Shown: piece by piece, positions 51,143 to 61,322 of the stretch
Layout: each line of letters opens with the position of its first letter
How positions within the stretch are numbered: the stretch's first letter is position 1
DNA from: Candidatus Bathyarchaeota archaeon
GTDB lineage: Archaea; Thermoproteota; Bathyarchaeia; Bathyarchaeales; Bathycorpusculaceae
Length of the DNA: 64,000 nt
Assembly (NCBI GenBank): GCA_963768425.1
Contig: CAVYHV010000015.1
Location: forward strand, 63,620 to 127,619
Direction of reading: 5' to 3'
Made by a program: the position numbers and the translations under genes
The notes under the pieces: generated by a model
Seen by the model: only the letters and a program-made list of their open reading frames with translations
Database searches by the model: none
What the model was told of the DNA's origin: nothing

Positions 51143-52282
51143 TTAAACTGGGGTTAAGGGTGGGGTTCCAGGTTTTGGCTCCAGCTGTTCACTAGGCTTT
51201 TTGCGGGAAAAGATAAGGCTTGTTGACCTTACGATTTGGGGTACACCGGCTAGGTCTTCGAATATGAGCAAGCCGCGCGCTAGTAAAGCGAAAGCGGCGA
51301 TTGTCGGTATCAGTTCGGGATGCGCTGGAACGTTAAGTATTAGTCCGAAAATGCCGATGATTCCGAATTCTTGTACGCCAATTCCAGCAGGAGTTATAGG
51401 AACAAATGCTAGAGCGGTCACCAACGGGTGAATTAGGAAGTAGGCGATCCACGGTATCTGCGTAATTCCTAATGCGTAGCCTAAGAAGTACCATTCGAAC
51501 CCTTTTATGATCCAGCACGCAACGGTTAAACCAACTATTTCCGGGATTGCTTTACTTGTGCTAGAAGAGCTTTGTTTGTATTCATCAAGCTTCCCCATTA
51601 AGCCGCCTGTGAATCTTTTCAGAATTCGGGAGTTTGCGATTCGGTCAAATATTGAAATGGCTCTTTTGGACCATGTGAAAAGTGCAAGAACTATTGCGCC
51701 AGTCATCATTAAAGCGATGCCGAGCGCAGCGATTAGCAATGCAATGTTCACTCCAAGGATCTCGGTGGGGAATAATTGGTTCCATACGCTTGTTGGAACA
51801 ACCTTTACGAGGTAAATTACGGCGCCTACTCCGCCGATTACTTTAATTAGAAATTCAAATGTTTGGATGCCTAGCACGCTCGATAGACTCTTTGATGTTG
51901 GAACTTTTTGGTCAAGCAGATAAACTGGTGTAAGGATGTAACCTGAACGCCCAGGTGTGACATCGCTTGTAAGCATGCCACCATATTGGGCGAGTAATGT
52001 CTTACCAAAGGATGTTTTTACGCCGTTTTTGCTTAGGACTCGTCTCAGCCGAACGGTGAAAAGAAGGTTTATTCCAAAATACATCAGAAAAGCAAGAAGA
52101 AGGTACTCGACTTGAATGTGAAGAAGAGCATTGTACAGAGAACCTATACCGACATACCAAAACAGGGCGGCTAAAATCACCACCATAAAGATCACTTCAA
52201 GAGCAATCCTTAGTATCCCTCTAGAACGCGTAGATTTTTGCTTGGGGACTGATTCTTTAGTTGTCAATGTGCCTTCAAACAT
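51143..52282 (-). CDS. Flippase-like / lysylphosphatidylglycerol synthase TM-domain protein (UPF0104)
   Basis: TPGRSG, PITPAGIGVQE; multi-TM. Confidence 0.85.
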   Translation of the reverse strand: MFEGTLTTKESVPKQKSTRSRGILRIALEVIFMVVILAALFWYVGIGSLYNALLHIQVEYLLLAFLMYFGINLLFTVRLRRVLSKNGVKTSFGKTLLAQYGGMLTSDVTPGRSGYILTPVYLLDQKVPTSKSLSSVLGIQTFEFLIKVIGGVGAVIYLVKVVPTSVWNQLFPTEILGVNIALLIAALGIALMMTGAIVLALFTWSKRAISIFDRIANSRILKRFTGGLMGKLDEYKQSSSSTSKAIPEIVGLTVACWIIKGFEWYFLGYALGITQIPWIAYFLIHPLVTALAFVPITPAGIGVQEFGIIGIFGLILNVPAHPELIPTIAAFALLARGLLIFEDLAGVPQIVRSTSLIFSRKKPSEQLEPKPGTPPLTPV

Positions 52283-52353
52283 CCGTATTGACTGTTAAAT
52301 CTCTTATGGGAAAAAACTCCAATTCAACCATGAGCTAATGAACTACAACCAGT

Positions 52354-52536
52354 TTAAGGTCTTACGCATTCCGCCTTAGGACGACTCGGGCGCTTAGCTG
52401 TTCGCCTGCGCTCATGGTATTCGCATTCGTTTATCCGAGTAAGCATCCAACCCTCATCCTGATAGACGCAGCCACATGGCAGCTTTACAGTTTTCTTCTC
52501 ATCAGTCTTCGCCGTTGTTTTTTCAGTTTCAGCCAT
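52354..52536 (-). CDS. Small hypothetical protein with CxC...CxxH
   Basis: LPCGCVY...ECEYH; 60 aa. Confidence 0.55.
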   Translation of the reverse strand: MAETEKTTAKTDEKKTVKLPCGCVYQDEGWMLTRINECEYHERRRTAKRPSRPKAECVRP

Positions 52537-52697
52537 GGTTTTGGCGCCGTCCTGTTGAAATAGGCTAACAAGGGAATTTTAACTTAACTGCAAAGACCCG
52601 AAGAAACAAGTTTGCCGCTTGATTGAGCTTCAGCATCGTTAACAAGAAATGCTCTGAAAAAAGATTTGAAATAAAGAAAAGAAAGAGGGTTTGTTGC

Positions 52698-53541
52698 TTA
52701 AGTTGCATTCAGGTTTGCTGCTGCAGTTGCGAGGTCGCAGATGTCGATCTGGTAGTGTAGACAGTAGTCCATGTTGATGTTGTAGTTACCATAGCCAGGG
52801 ATTGAGCCATATGCGCTTACGATGCTATCGAGGTCGGATTTCGTTACTGTGGTCGAGCTGCTATCGGTGCCTAACATGAATGGGTTAAAGACTGCTGAAA
52901 TGGTTACTTCTGCTACGACTTTCCCAGTTAGCGGGGCTATACCTGTTATGTCAAGCGTGAAAGTACTCCAACCAGAGGGAACTGTAAAGTTTCCATAGGC
53001 TTTTATGGCCAGAGGCACAGCCTTTTGGTTGCTATCAATTGAGAGTATGTGCCCAGTAGCGCTGTCGGTAATAATTGTGAAGTTCTCGGTGATGCTCCAA
53101 ACGTTCCATGTGCCGTTCAGGTAGAAGGCGTTGCCGTTATAGTCTAAAGCTGAAAAGTTTCCATTTACCAGTCTAGCGGTGTAGAAGCTGTAAGTGAAGT
53201 TCTCACGTGTTCTAACAGCCGCAATTGGCCGTGTTGTGTTGGTTGTCCATATGGCAGAGGCTGCATATCCTTGGATTGTGTTTTTGGGTCCGACCTGTGT
53301 TCGGCTTAAGACTTCAATTGAACCCATGACTGGGGGTGGGTGTTGGAGTAGTGAGCCATTCTTGTAAAGAGCCGTACATGCGTACAGAGTTTCGTTGGAT
53401 GCTGACTGCGTTTGGCATTGTGCTTGAGACGTTGGGAACTGTACTATAGCTCATGAATGGGCTCGCGTAGGCGCCTGCGAGAAAGCAAAGTGAACTAACC
53501 GCGAGGATTGCGATCAATATTATTCCGAATTTTGTTTTCAT
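52698..53541 (-). CDS. Secreted protein with C-terminal dockerin-like domain (one +1 frameshift at ~53333)
   Basis: Signal peptide MKTKFGIILIAIL...; C-terminal VTKSDLDSIVSAYGS.PG..NYN..MDY....QIDICDL; removing one base from the C/G run joins both ORFs into 280 aa. Confidence 0.72.
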
Positions 53542-53587
53542 TTTCTTTCGCCTTTTTGTGCAATTTAGCTCTAATCAAAAGGGAAAT

Positions 53588-53610
53588 AAAAGCGCTTCTG
53601 AAGCGCTTTT
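53588..53610. promoter_or_regulatory. 23-bp palindromic operator candidate
   Basis: AAAAGCGCTTC-T-GAAGCGCTTTT next to a TATA-like TTTTATTT on the minus strand, ~50 bp upstream of the dockerin gene. Confidence 0.6.
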
Positions 53611-53835
53611 GACGTTAGCGACACTGCAACCGTTCATTTTCGTTCACAAACGTTTATTTAGGTTTCTAATATGTTTTCAACCCTTTGTCGTTTTCCGTAG
53701 CTGAATACAGGCCTCAATCGGATCAATAAGCTGTATAGTGCGATTTCAGATAACAAGACCAGTTTTACATTTTGCGCGAGAACAAAAATCAGAATCCAGA
53801 AAACTAAGCACCAGTCTGCAACCCTTAAATAATAA

Positions 53836-54804
53836 ATGACAACAATCGCTATACAGGTTCAAATGAAGCCTCGGACTTCAACAGCCATCCTCCTAACCAT
53901 AGCACTTATCCTGATAGTGGTGTTATCTGGCAGAGCACAAGCTCAAACCTACACCCAATATAAAATCCAGCTTAACAGCGATAACTCCGCCACATGGACG
54001 ATAACCCAAGTGTCAGGATTAAATGGCTCCGTTGACACATGGGGAGGCTTCGAGGAAAAAGTCACCGCACTCATCAACGCAGCAGCAACCCAAACAAACC
54101 GTCAGATGAGTGTAGATAGCACCTCCCTTCAAATAAGCACCTCCAGCTTAACAAACAACTCAAAAACCACCAGTTACACCTTTGTCTGGTTTAACTTCAG
54201 CGAAACAAACCAAAGACAACTCATTGCCGGAGACGTTTTTGGCGTCCCAGGTTTCTTTAATCACCTGTACGGGGACGGAGAATTACAAATCAACTACCCA
54301 GCAAACTATGCGTTGCAGTCAGTTGTGCCGAAACCAGACCAAAAAGACGCCTCTACGCAAACCTTAACCTGGCTAGGAACACAGTTCTTTGTGTCTGAAA
54401 CGCCGCAGATCATACTTGGAGGTCAAATAACAACTAAGACCGGTTCCATGCAATCATCCCCTTACCTGCTCTTATCTGTTTCAGCGGTCGCAATCGTTGT
54501 TGGTAGTGTTGTAGCAGCATGGCTTTTTTTGGTAAATAGACGACAAAAAATCAAGGCTACAGCTGCATTACCTACCTTGACTTTGCCTGAATCTGAAGAA
54601 GACAAGGTTTTGCGTTTCCTTCGATCGAACGGGGGCGGTGTTTATCAGACGGCTGTCACTGAACAATGCAGATTTTCTAAAGCGAAAACAAGCCAGTTGC
54701 TTAGTGCTCTTGAACGGGATGGGAAGGTAAGAAGAGTTAAAAAGGGAAGGGATAAAATAGTGAATATTATAGAACAACCAAAGGCGAAAAATAATGCGAG
54801 TTAA
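53836..54804 (+). CDS. Membrane-anchored protein with extracellular domain and C-terminal winged HTH
   Basis: Signal peptide, single TM, then EEDKVLRFLRSNGG..YQ......FSKAKTSQLLSALERDGKVRRVKKGR. Confidence 0.85.
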   Translation: MTTIAIQVQMKPRTSTAILLTIALILIVVLSGRAQAQTYTQYKIQLNSDNSATWTITQVSGLNGSVDTWGGFEEKVTALINAAATQTNRQMSVDSTSLQISTSSLTNNSKTTSYTFVWFNFSETNQRQLIAGDVFGVPGFFNHLYGDGELQINYPANYALQSVVPKPDQKDASTQTLTWLGTQFFVSETPQIILGGQITTKTGSMQSSPYLLLSVSAVAIVVGSVVAAWLFLVNRRQKIKATAALPTLTLPESEEDKVLRFLRSNGGGVYQTAVTEQCRFSKAKTSQLLSALERDGKVRRVKKGRDKIVNIIEQPKAKNNAS

Positions 54805-55537
54805 CTACTTGAAAACAAGCGTATTCATGTTATTGTTTATCGCTTCATTATTTGCTATTATGCCTATCCAAATGGCGAAAGCACAAAGCACGACTATAAG
54901 CGTTACTCCTCAAACTAACACAGTTTCGGTCGGTCAAACTTTTTCCGTTAACATTGAAATAAGCAACGTGCAGAACCTATATGGTATAGATATTGCACTT
55001 ACGTGGGACACATCCATGCTGAAGCTTGGCAACAACCAAACTTTTGTCGGCTTGACCAACGGCGTTCTGAATCCACAAATCCTGTTTGTTAGAGAGGCAG
55101 CAGATCAATCCGCAGGTGAATATATTGTAGCTGCAACTTCAGAGAACCCAGCGGCACCATTCAGTGGAAGCGGAACCGTAGCAACCCTGACCTTCACAGT
55201 AACAAGCAAAGGACAATCCTCTTTGACGCTTAAATCTTCCATCTCAAATAGCCCCCAGTTGGCTAGTTACCCAGGCTCAGGCGAGTCCCAATTCATAAGT
55301 GCAACCGTAATAAACGGCGTAGTCCAAACTTCTTCAAGCACGAGCTCGCCGCCGTCATCCTCGACCCCAACATCTTCAAGTACGCCTACCCAGTCGCCCG
55401 CAAATTCTCCGACCCGTACAGCAAGTGTTCCTGAGCTTTCAGTCACAGCACTGGCAGTTATTCTAGTGTTAATCACGTTGGCGGCTGCATTGTTGTCTGT
55501 TAGGATGAGAAAGAAGAACGGGAATTATTTTTCCTGA
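54794..55537 (+). CDS. Cohesin-domain surface protein with PEF-CTERM-like anchor
   Basis: GQTFSVNIEISNVQNLYG..I.LTWD.S.L, FSGSGTVATLTF; Ser/Thr/Pro linker; VPEL, TM and basic tail. Confidence 0.82.
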   Translation: MRVNYLKTSVFMLLFIASLFAIMPIQMAKAQSTTISVTPQTNTVSVGQTFSVNIEISNVQNLYGIDIALTWDTSMLKLGNNQTFVGLTNGVLNPQILFVREAADQSAGEYIVAATSENPAAPFSGSGTVATLTFTVTSKGQSSLTLKSSISNSPQLASYPGSGESQFISATVINGVVQTSSSTSSPPSSSTPTSSSTPTQSPANSPTRTASVPELSVTALAVILVLITLAAALLSVRMRKKNGNYFS

Positions 55538-55670
55538 TTTGTTTTTGAAGAGCGGATTCTCGTTTTATGGGCTTTCTCTCATGCAGTAGGAGGCTTTTTC
55601 TTTCGGAGCCGAAGAGGCATGGAAAAGCTTTTATTCTTAAAAAGATGCACAAAACAAGAGGGAAAAAACA

Positions 55671-56339
55671 ATGACATTAGAATCTAGCAAAACTTTGGGC
55701 GGTGTCGGTTCAATTCTGCTCCTCATCGGTGTACTACCGTATGTAAGTTCAATAACCTTTGGCGTTCTTGGAATTGTAGGCATTATACTTATTCTGATTT
55801 CGCTGCACGGCTTTGCAAACATTTACCATGATAAAGGAATATTCAACAATTCTCTATATGGATTTATCGCGGGCATAGTTGGCGCAGTCATAGCGGCAGT
55901 AGTTGCCTTTGCGGTAGTCCTAAGCAATTTAACAAGTCTTCTCCAGAAAATCTATCCAACTTGGAACGGAAAACTGTCTTCAATTCAATCACTTTCAGGC
56001 ATGACTCCACAAACGACGAACTTGCACTTCAGCGATGTTGTTCCGCTGCTGGAAGGCCTCGTGGCAGTGTTTTTGATCCTTTGGATCTTCATAATCATAT
56101 GGGCTATCTTCGCTAGGAAATCACTGAAAACTCTTTCAACCAAATCAAGTGTAGGCTTATTCTCAACCGCGTCTCTTCTGCTGATAATAGGTGCAGCGTT
56201 AACGATAATTATCATCGGCCTTCTTCTGTTGTGGATTGGCGTGCTGCTGATGGCTATCGCATTCTTCCAGATTAAACCGCAAATGGAACAGCAACCAGTA
56301 ACCTATGTTGAGCCCCCAACACAACCGACACCAGTTTAA
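55671..56339 (+). CDS. DUF996 family membrane protein (paralog of 23805-24359)
   Basis: ESSKTLGGVGSI, VGLFSTA.LLLIIGA.LTI, AFFQI. Confidence 0.85.
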   Translation: MTLESSKTLGGVGSILLLIGVLPYVSSITFGVLGIVGIILILISLHGFANIYHDKGIFNNSLYGFIAGIVGAVIAAVVAFAVVLSNLTSLLQKIYPTWNGKLSSIQSLSGMTPQTTNLHFSDVVPLLEGLVAVFLILWIFIIIWAIFARKSLKTLSTKSSVGLFSTASLLLIIGAALTIIIIGLLLLWIGVLLMAIAFFQIKPQMEQQPVTYVEPPTQPTPV

Positions 56340-56540
56340 AAACAAAAAATCTCCTTTTTCTTTTTGTTTTAACCGTTTAATTACTTGTTTTAGGGCTTGA
56401 TAGTTTTCAGTGAGTTGTTTTAGTCACTTTAATTTCTATATTGTTATTGCAGCTGTCTAGTAACAAGCTTTAGCGCATTATTTGCTTGGTTCTTTGTAAC
56501 AATCAAATTCACAAATCTTTTCGAGAAAACACAAGCCTCT

Positions 56541-57200
56541 TCAAAACTGCAGTCTCTCAGGCAGGATCTCGATAACGAAGAGGCCTGACGAGACGACAAA
56601 AACAAACCAGTTGGTCAATATCCCTGAGAGCGGAGTGCTAGCCAAGAACATCGTGACACGAAGAGGCATCTCTTGGGTATCGACCAACAATAGCCAAAGT
56701 TCAAAGATCATGATTACAGGGAAAATAAAGAATCGCAGCGTATCCTTGAAGGCAGTTAACATTCCTCTGTCGAGTAAGTAAGTCATGAGACAGATAGAAG
56801 CAAAAGCAAAGAATGCCAAGCCGAAGACGCCGAAGAGATAATGTCCTTCGGGGAATTCAGAGTAGAACGCAACGAGAGCTTCACGAGATGCAGAATTGTT
56901 ATGGGAAGTGGCTGTTATATACCCAAAAATGGCAAATATAATTGTGCTCAATATTGAACCGAGCAATGCAATACCTCTAATTACTCTTGGTTCTACGAAT
57001 TTTTGACAAAACATCTTCGGCGTTGGCACGGTGACGAACATGAGAAAGGACATTATAGCCAGAGCTGCGAAAGAAATGGCAATTTGACTATAGGTCTGAT
57101 GGAGCCAAGGAGTTGAAAATGGGGCTATGAAATAGAAGAGAGCGAAGGTGAGGGAGACTATAAGGAAAGGTACCACTAGTAGAGCCAGTATCCTTTTCAT
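56541..57200 (-). CDS. Hypothetical membrane protein
   Basis: 219 aa, ~6 TM. Confidence 0.7.
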   Translation of the reverse strand: MKRILALLVVPFLIVSLTFALFYFIAPFSTPWLHQTYSQIAISFAALAIMSFLMFVTVPTPKMFCQKFVEPRVIRGIALLGSILSTIIFAIFGYITATSHNNSASREALVAFYSEFPEGHYLFGVFGLAFFAFASICLMTYLLDRGMLTAFKDTLRFFIFPVIMIFELWLLLVDTQEMPLRVTMFLASTPLSGILTNWFVFVVSSGLFVIEILPERLQF

Positions 57201-57360
57201 GTATTTTTACCGCTAATGCGAGACAAATACAGCGACGAACTATAAATTTCTATAATCTTAGATTTGAGGAAAAAGATGGAGATTTTCCAACCTCCATAAA
57301 AGCTACACTTATTCAGTCGACTGAACAAAGCTTTTTAGCTTCAAATTCAAAGTAGAGAGT

Positions 57361-57798
57361 ATGTCGGCTAACAAGAAGAAGATTGTTTTGAACTGGAAAG
57401 GGAAGCTTCGTTTTGAAGCAAAAAACGAGAAAGGGCTTTCAGTGAACTTCGATGCGCCTGTAAAATATGGCGGAGAAGACTCAGCGCCGACACCTATGGA
57501 AACAGTCTTGGCGAGTTTGGCTGGATGCACAAGTTTTGATGTCGTCACCATTTTAAAAAAGAAAAGACAAAACGTCACAGGCTACAGCGTTGAGACCGAA
57601 GCAGAAAGAACTGAAGAACCGCCAGAGGTTTTCACCAAAATCCACATAAAATACATCATTAAAGGAAAAAATATTAGTAAAGACGCCGTTGAGAGAGCAA
57701 TCCAACTTTCGTACGACAAATACTGTTCGGTGGGAGCTATGCTTAAGAAAGCAGCAGAAATCACAACCTCTTACGAAATAATTCAAGAAGCATCTTAG
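57361..57798 (+). CDS. OsmC family protein
   Basis: PME.VL.SLAGC...DV, AIQLSYDKYCSV. Confidence 0.92.
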   Translation: MSANKKKIVLNWKGKLRFEAKNEKGLSVNFDAPVKYGGEDSAPTPMETVLASLAGCTSFDVVTILKKKRQNVTGYSVETEAERTEEPPEVFTKIHIKYIIKGKNISKDAVERAIQLSYDKYCSVGAMLKKAAEITTSYEIIQEAS

Positions 57799-58403
57799 CC
57801 TTTTCTTCTTGCTCCACAATTAGGACAGAAAATGGATGTTTGAGGCATCAATCCACTGCAATATGAACATGGTATCAAAACTACTTCTCGGGTTACTTCC
57901 TTCATGATTGTAGGTGACGATTGGTTAATTTGCGTTTTTGCAACTTGTATTTCGTAATTTGCAGTTGAAATATTTGGGCGGCCATTTGCCACAAGAATTG
58001 CATATAGCAACCATTTTACGTAATGGTCAATGCTGTAAAGTGTTTCCTTAGCAGCTGGAGATATAGATAATGCATATTTGTATGACCCAGAAAAACCCAG
58101 GGGCATGCGTGCATGTTCAAACAGTTTGCAAGAAGTATCACAGATAACTGCCGAGTCCCAGTATTCAGTTTGCTGTGTTCCATATTGATTTCCAATGGTT
58201 CGGCTTTTCCTAATACTCTCATAGCAATACAAACGAACAAATGCTTGATTTACTTCAAATTCTTCATCTGACGTTATTTTTACAAAGCCTTTTACTTGGT
58301 CTCCGAGTGAGTAGTGGTTTTCCTGTGAATTCAACTCCACTTTTGCTTTGGGCGGGATTGATGAAGGCGGATGCATTATGTCGGATAGCCATTTAGGACT
58401 CAT
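57795..58403 (-). CDS. Arrestin-N/SpoOM-like domain with C-terminal Zn ribbon
   Basis: YSLGDQVKG.VKI, Y.YAL.I, VKW.L; CSYC...FCPNCGA. Confidence 0.65.
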   Translation of the reverse strand: MSPKWLSDIMHPPSSIPPKAKVELNSQENHYSLGDQVKGFVKITSDEEFEVNQAFVRLYCYESIRKSRTIGNQYGTQQTEYWDSAVICDTSCKLFEHARMPLGFSGSYKYALSISPAAKETLYSIDHYVKWLLYAILVANGRPNISTANYEIQVAKTQINQSSPTIMKEVTREVVLIPCSYCSGLMPQTSIFCPNCGARRKG

Positions 58404-58900
58404 TCAAACTCAATTCTCATGTGGCTATTTCTACGCTATGCAGATTTAAAATTTTGTATGTTTTGATTGTGATGTGCATGTCTTTTGCTTTTCATCATTT
58501 TTTGCAAACACCAATATGTTCCTGGAAAAGACGGCGTTCCAGTTCATAGATGTATGTTGTGAAGTGTGATCGGTTGTTTTGGGTTTGTATTTGCATCATT
58601 TTCTGTTTCCTCCTAAACCCTTAAATGCACTGGAACGCTGCACCATTTTGGGGGATGATGCCGCTGTCCCAGCCTATTAGCTTGAAAGTTTTTTACTTAT
58701 TAATTCTTCACTTACTTTCAATCTCTGAATTCGAATTGTTGGATTCTATTTACAAGCTCCATTGAGTTGCTATTTGCTCCGTATAGCAATAAACGGGAAA
58801 AGGAGCTTCCAAGTTTCGGAATAACATTTTTATTAAGATATGCTACACCATACTCGAGGAAAAACACTATCAAAAATACGCAAAAGATTGGGGATTAACT

Positions 58901-59716
58901 TTGGAGTTTTTTCTATTTACCACAGATTTGACGCTTGCTTTCAGGGCAGAAAAAGCCGGAATTGATAGCATCATGGTTGACTGGGAAACTAGAGGAAAGA
59001 AAGCAAGACAGAAAGGGGAAAATCTTGAATTAAATTACGACTCCCCCGAAGACTTGCGTCGACTCTCTAGCGTCCTAAAAATACCAATTTCAGTTCGAAT
59101 TAATCCAGTTGGGAGTAACACTCCTTCTGAAGTCAACAACGCACTAAACAATGGCGCAAAAATAATAATGCTACCTATGGCAAACTCTTTGAAGGAAATA
59201 AAAAGGTTCTTAACAATTGTCGATGAAAGGGCAAAAACAATTGTACAGATAGAGACCCCATCTTTGGTTAAAGAAATTGAAGATTTCAGAGGCTTGGATT
59301 GGGATTATGCCTATATCGGGCTTAATGATCTGATGGTGGCTAATGGGGGGCACTCTATCTGGGAAGCAATCTCAGACGGAACAACAGAAGCAATTTGCAA
59401 GAATTTGAAAGGCAGAAAATATGGCTTCGGAGGTTCCACTGTGTTGGGAGGCGGAGAACCAATAATAGGCGATTTGATTCTACATGAATTGGTACGACTA
59501 GGCGGTTGCATGAGTATAATGAGACGGACTTTCAAACGTGAAGTACTTGACCGCGATCTCGATGCAGAAATCAAAGCTTTGAAGAGCTTTGTCAATTGCA
59601 GCGAAAAACGAGGCACGAAAGCCAAGTTATATGATCACAATCGTTTGCTCCAAGCCATAAGTCCAAGCGATAGAAATTACTACATGGCAATGAAAGTTCC
59701 TTTGCAATCCCTTTAG
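58901..59716 (+). CDS. HpcH/HpaI aldolase/citrate lyase family protein
   Basis: AEKAGID.IMVD.E.RGK.ARQ, VRINP, IMLPM, IET, IGLNDL, YGFGG. Confidence 0.85.
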   Translation: MEFFLFTTDLTLAFRAEKAGIDSIMVDWETRGKKARQKGENLELNYDSPEDLRRLSSVLKIPISVRINPVGSNTPSEVNNALNNGAKIIMLPMANSLKEIKRFLTIVDERAKTIVQIETPSLVKEIEDFRGLDWDYAYIGLNDLMVANGGHSIWEAISDGTTEAICKNLKGRKYGFGGSTVLGGGEPIIGDLILHELVRLGGCMSIMRRTFKREVLDRDLDAEIKALKSFVNCSEKRGTKAKLYDHNRLLQAISPSDRNYYMAMKVPLQSL

Positions 59717-59753
59717 AAATAGTAAGAAATGCAACTAGGAAATTCGCCAAAGC

Positions 59754-60659
59754 TCAGTTTTGGGCTTCTGGCATATTAGAGAAATTTTTACTGGCGCGAC
59801 CCCAATTTATAAGTTTTTGGTCGATAATGTCAATTACGTCTCTGTCTATGGCTGGGTTGAACTTTCGTGCAAAGAATTTTCCGCTTCTCTCCAGAATCGC
59901 CAAGTCTGATTTTGTCAGAGTCCTTGCGTGCGATGATCCTTCAGGAAAATCAAAATACATTGTACACTGATTAATAACGCTTAACTTGAAAGGAGAATTC
60001 AACATAATCGTTGGGTAAAATGTCTCGCCTGGTCCCCACACACGCCTAAAGAACTTCATCACGTTTGGATTTCTGTCCAAAAATTTTAGAATGTAACTAA
60101 CATGCCTTTTCTGCAAGCAGCGACTCCCACGTCCACCATAAGGCTTAAGACCACAGGGCAATGCTTTGCGTAATCTTGGGATTCTAAAAGTCCGCGAATA
60201 AGGATATTTTCGAGTTGATATGAAATAGTATTTATGATTTAATCTGTCAAAACCACCTTGCCACCATCCCTCGTAGGGCAACTCAAAAAACTCCATGAAT
60301 GCACTATTCTTTTCATTAAGTTCTTTCTTAAAAACTTCCGGAGGTTTCAGAGGGTAACTATCTCCAGAAAGATCAATGAAGTAATCATAATCGTATTCCT
60401 CACAGTCTCTCATCGCGCTTAAGTTTACATCAATTAACCCAAATGAACCGTATCTGCAACGAAATTTTGACGCGATTCTAATATCACCTTGTTGACATTT
60501 TTTCTCAATAATTTTTTTCCACTCATTAAATTTCTCTTTTCCAATCATCGTGTCTAAATGAATGTGAACATAATCTGATTTTGTTTGTACCCGATTTACT
60601 AGTCTTACTACACGCTCAGGATCTTCGTATTCAAAGATACTGTAAACAATCTTGGTCAA
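59754..60659 (-). CDS. Core-2/I-branching beta-1,6-GlcNAc transferase-like glycosyltransferase (GT14)
   Basis: HIHLD, YFIDLSGDSYPLK, P.ETFY.TI..NSPF, FFARKF. Confidence 0.85.
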   Translation of the reverse strand: MTKIVYSIFEYEDPERVVRLVNRVQTKSDYVHIHLDTMIGKEKFNEWKKIIEKKCQQGDIRIASKFRCRYGSFGLIDVNLSAMRDCEEYDYDYFIDLSGDSYPLKPPEVFKKELNEKNSAFMEFFELPYEGWWQGGFDRLNHKYYFISTRKYPYSRTFRIPRLRKALPCGLKPYGGRGSRCLQKRHVSYILKFLDRNPNVMKFFRRVWGPGETFYPTIMLNSPFKLSVINQCTMYFDFPEGSSHARTLTKSDLAILERSGKFFARKFNPAIDRDVIDIIDQKLINWGRASKNFSNMPEAQN

Positions 60660-61143
60660 TTTGCAACTAATCCTATTTAGGATACTGGGTAATTTTGCGC
60701 CATTCTAAAAACCTTTCTGCAGTTTCCAGCATATATAGAAATTTGTTACATGATTCAAACGCAGTTGCAGGAATCGAAAGATCCGACAAGCATTTTAGAC
60801 ATCGAAAATAATAAGCTTTAACTCCTTGTCTCTAATGTTTGCACATTACGCAATTCTGAAAATAAACACCTCAATTGTGACAAAAATGCCCTATTCAGCA
60901 GCTTTCCATGAAATTCCGTAACATCCATTTAGCAACAATGGTTATATCTCGAAATTTGAGTTTTTGGAGAGCGGCGGATAGCGATTTGCATGGGAATGCT
61001 GAAAATCGACTGTTACATTTAAGCCGGCTTTTTATATTCCAAAATTTTGAGTGGAATTTAAAACAAATATGTTTTGATGTGCCCCTCCCCTGTGAACCTG
61101 CCCAAATAAAGCACAATTTTCGTATTATCTGCAATATTGAGCA

Positions 61144-61253
61144 TTTTTCAGTATTTTGTGTTTAGTTTTGAACCGAGAGGCAGCAGAAAACATCGGAAGA
61201 TTTGACAAAGCAGTCTCACCAACATTCTTCAACACATAACATCGGGACAAGGC
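61144..61253 (+). mobile_element. IS right-end relic (same IS as 50202-50503)
   Basis: Encodes FFSILCLVLNREAAENIGRFDKAVSPTFFNT*, then TCGGGACAAGGC; flank ACCGCGGT. Confidence 0.82.
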
Positions 61254-61322
61254 ACCGCGGTGCAGCCCTCGGATCATAATTTTTCCTATCAGTTCATTCT
61301 CTTCGTTAATTCTGGTTTATTC

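Noticed and set aside
60895-61165. Short ORFs on both strands, one frame with a KIVLYLGRF glycosyltransferase-like fragment
   Set aside because: Too short and interrupted to support a call; probably debris next to the IS end
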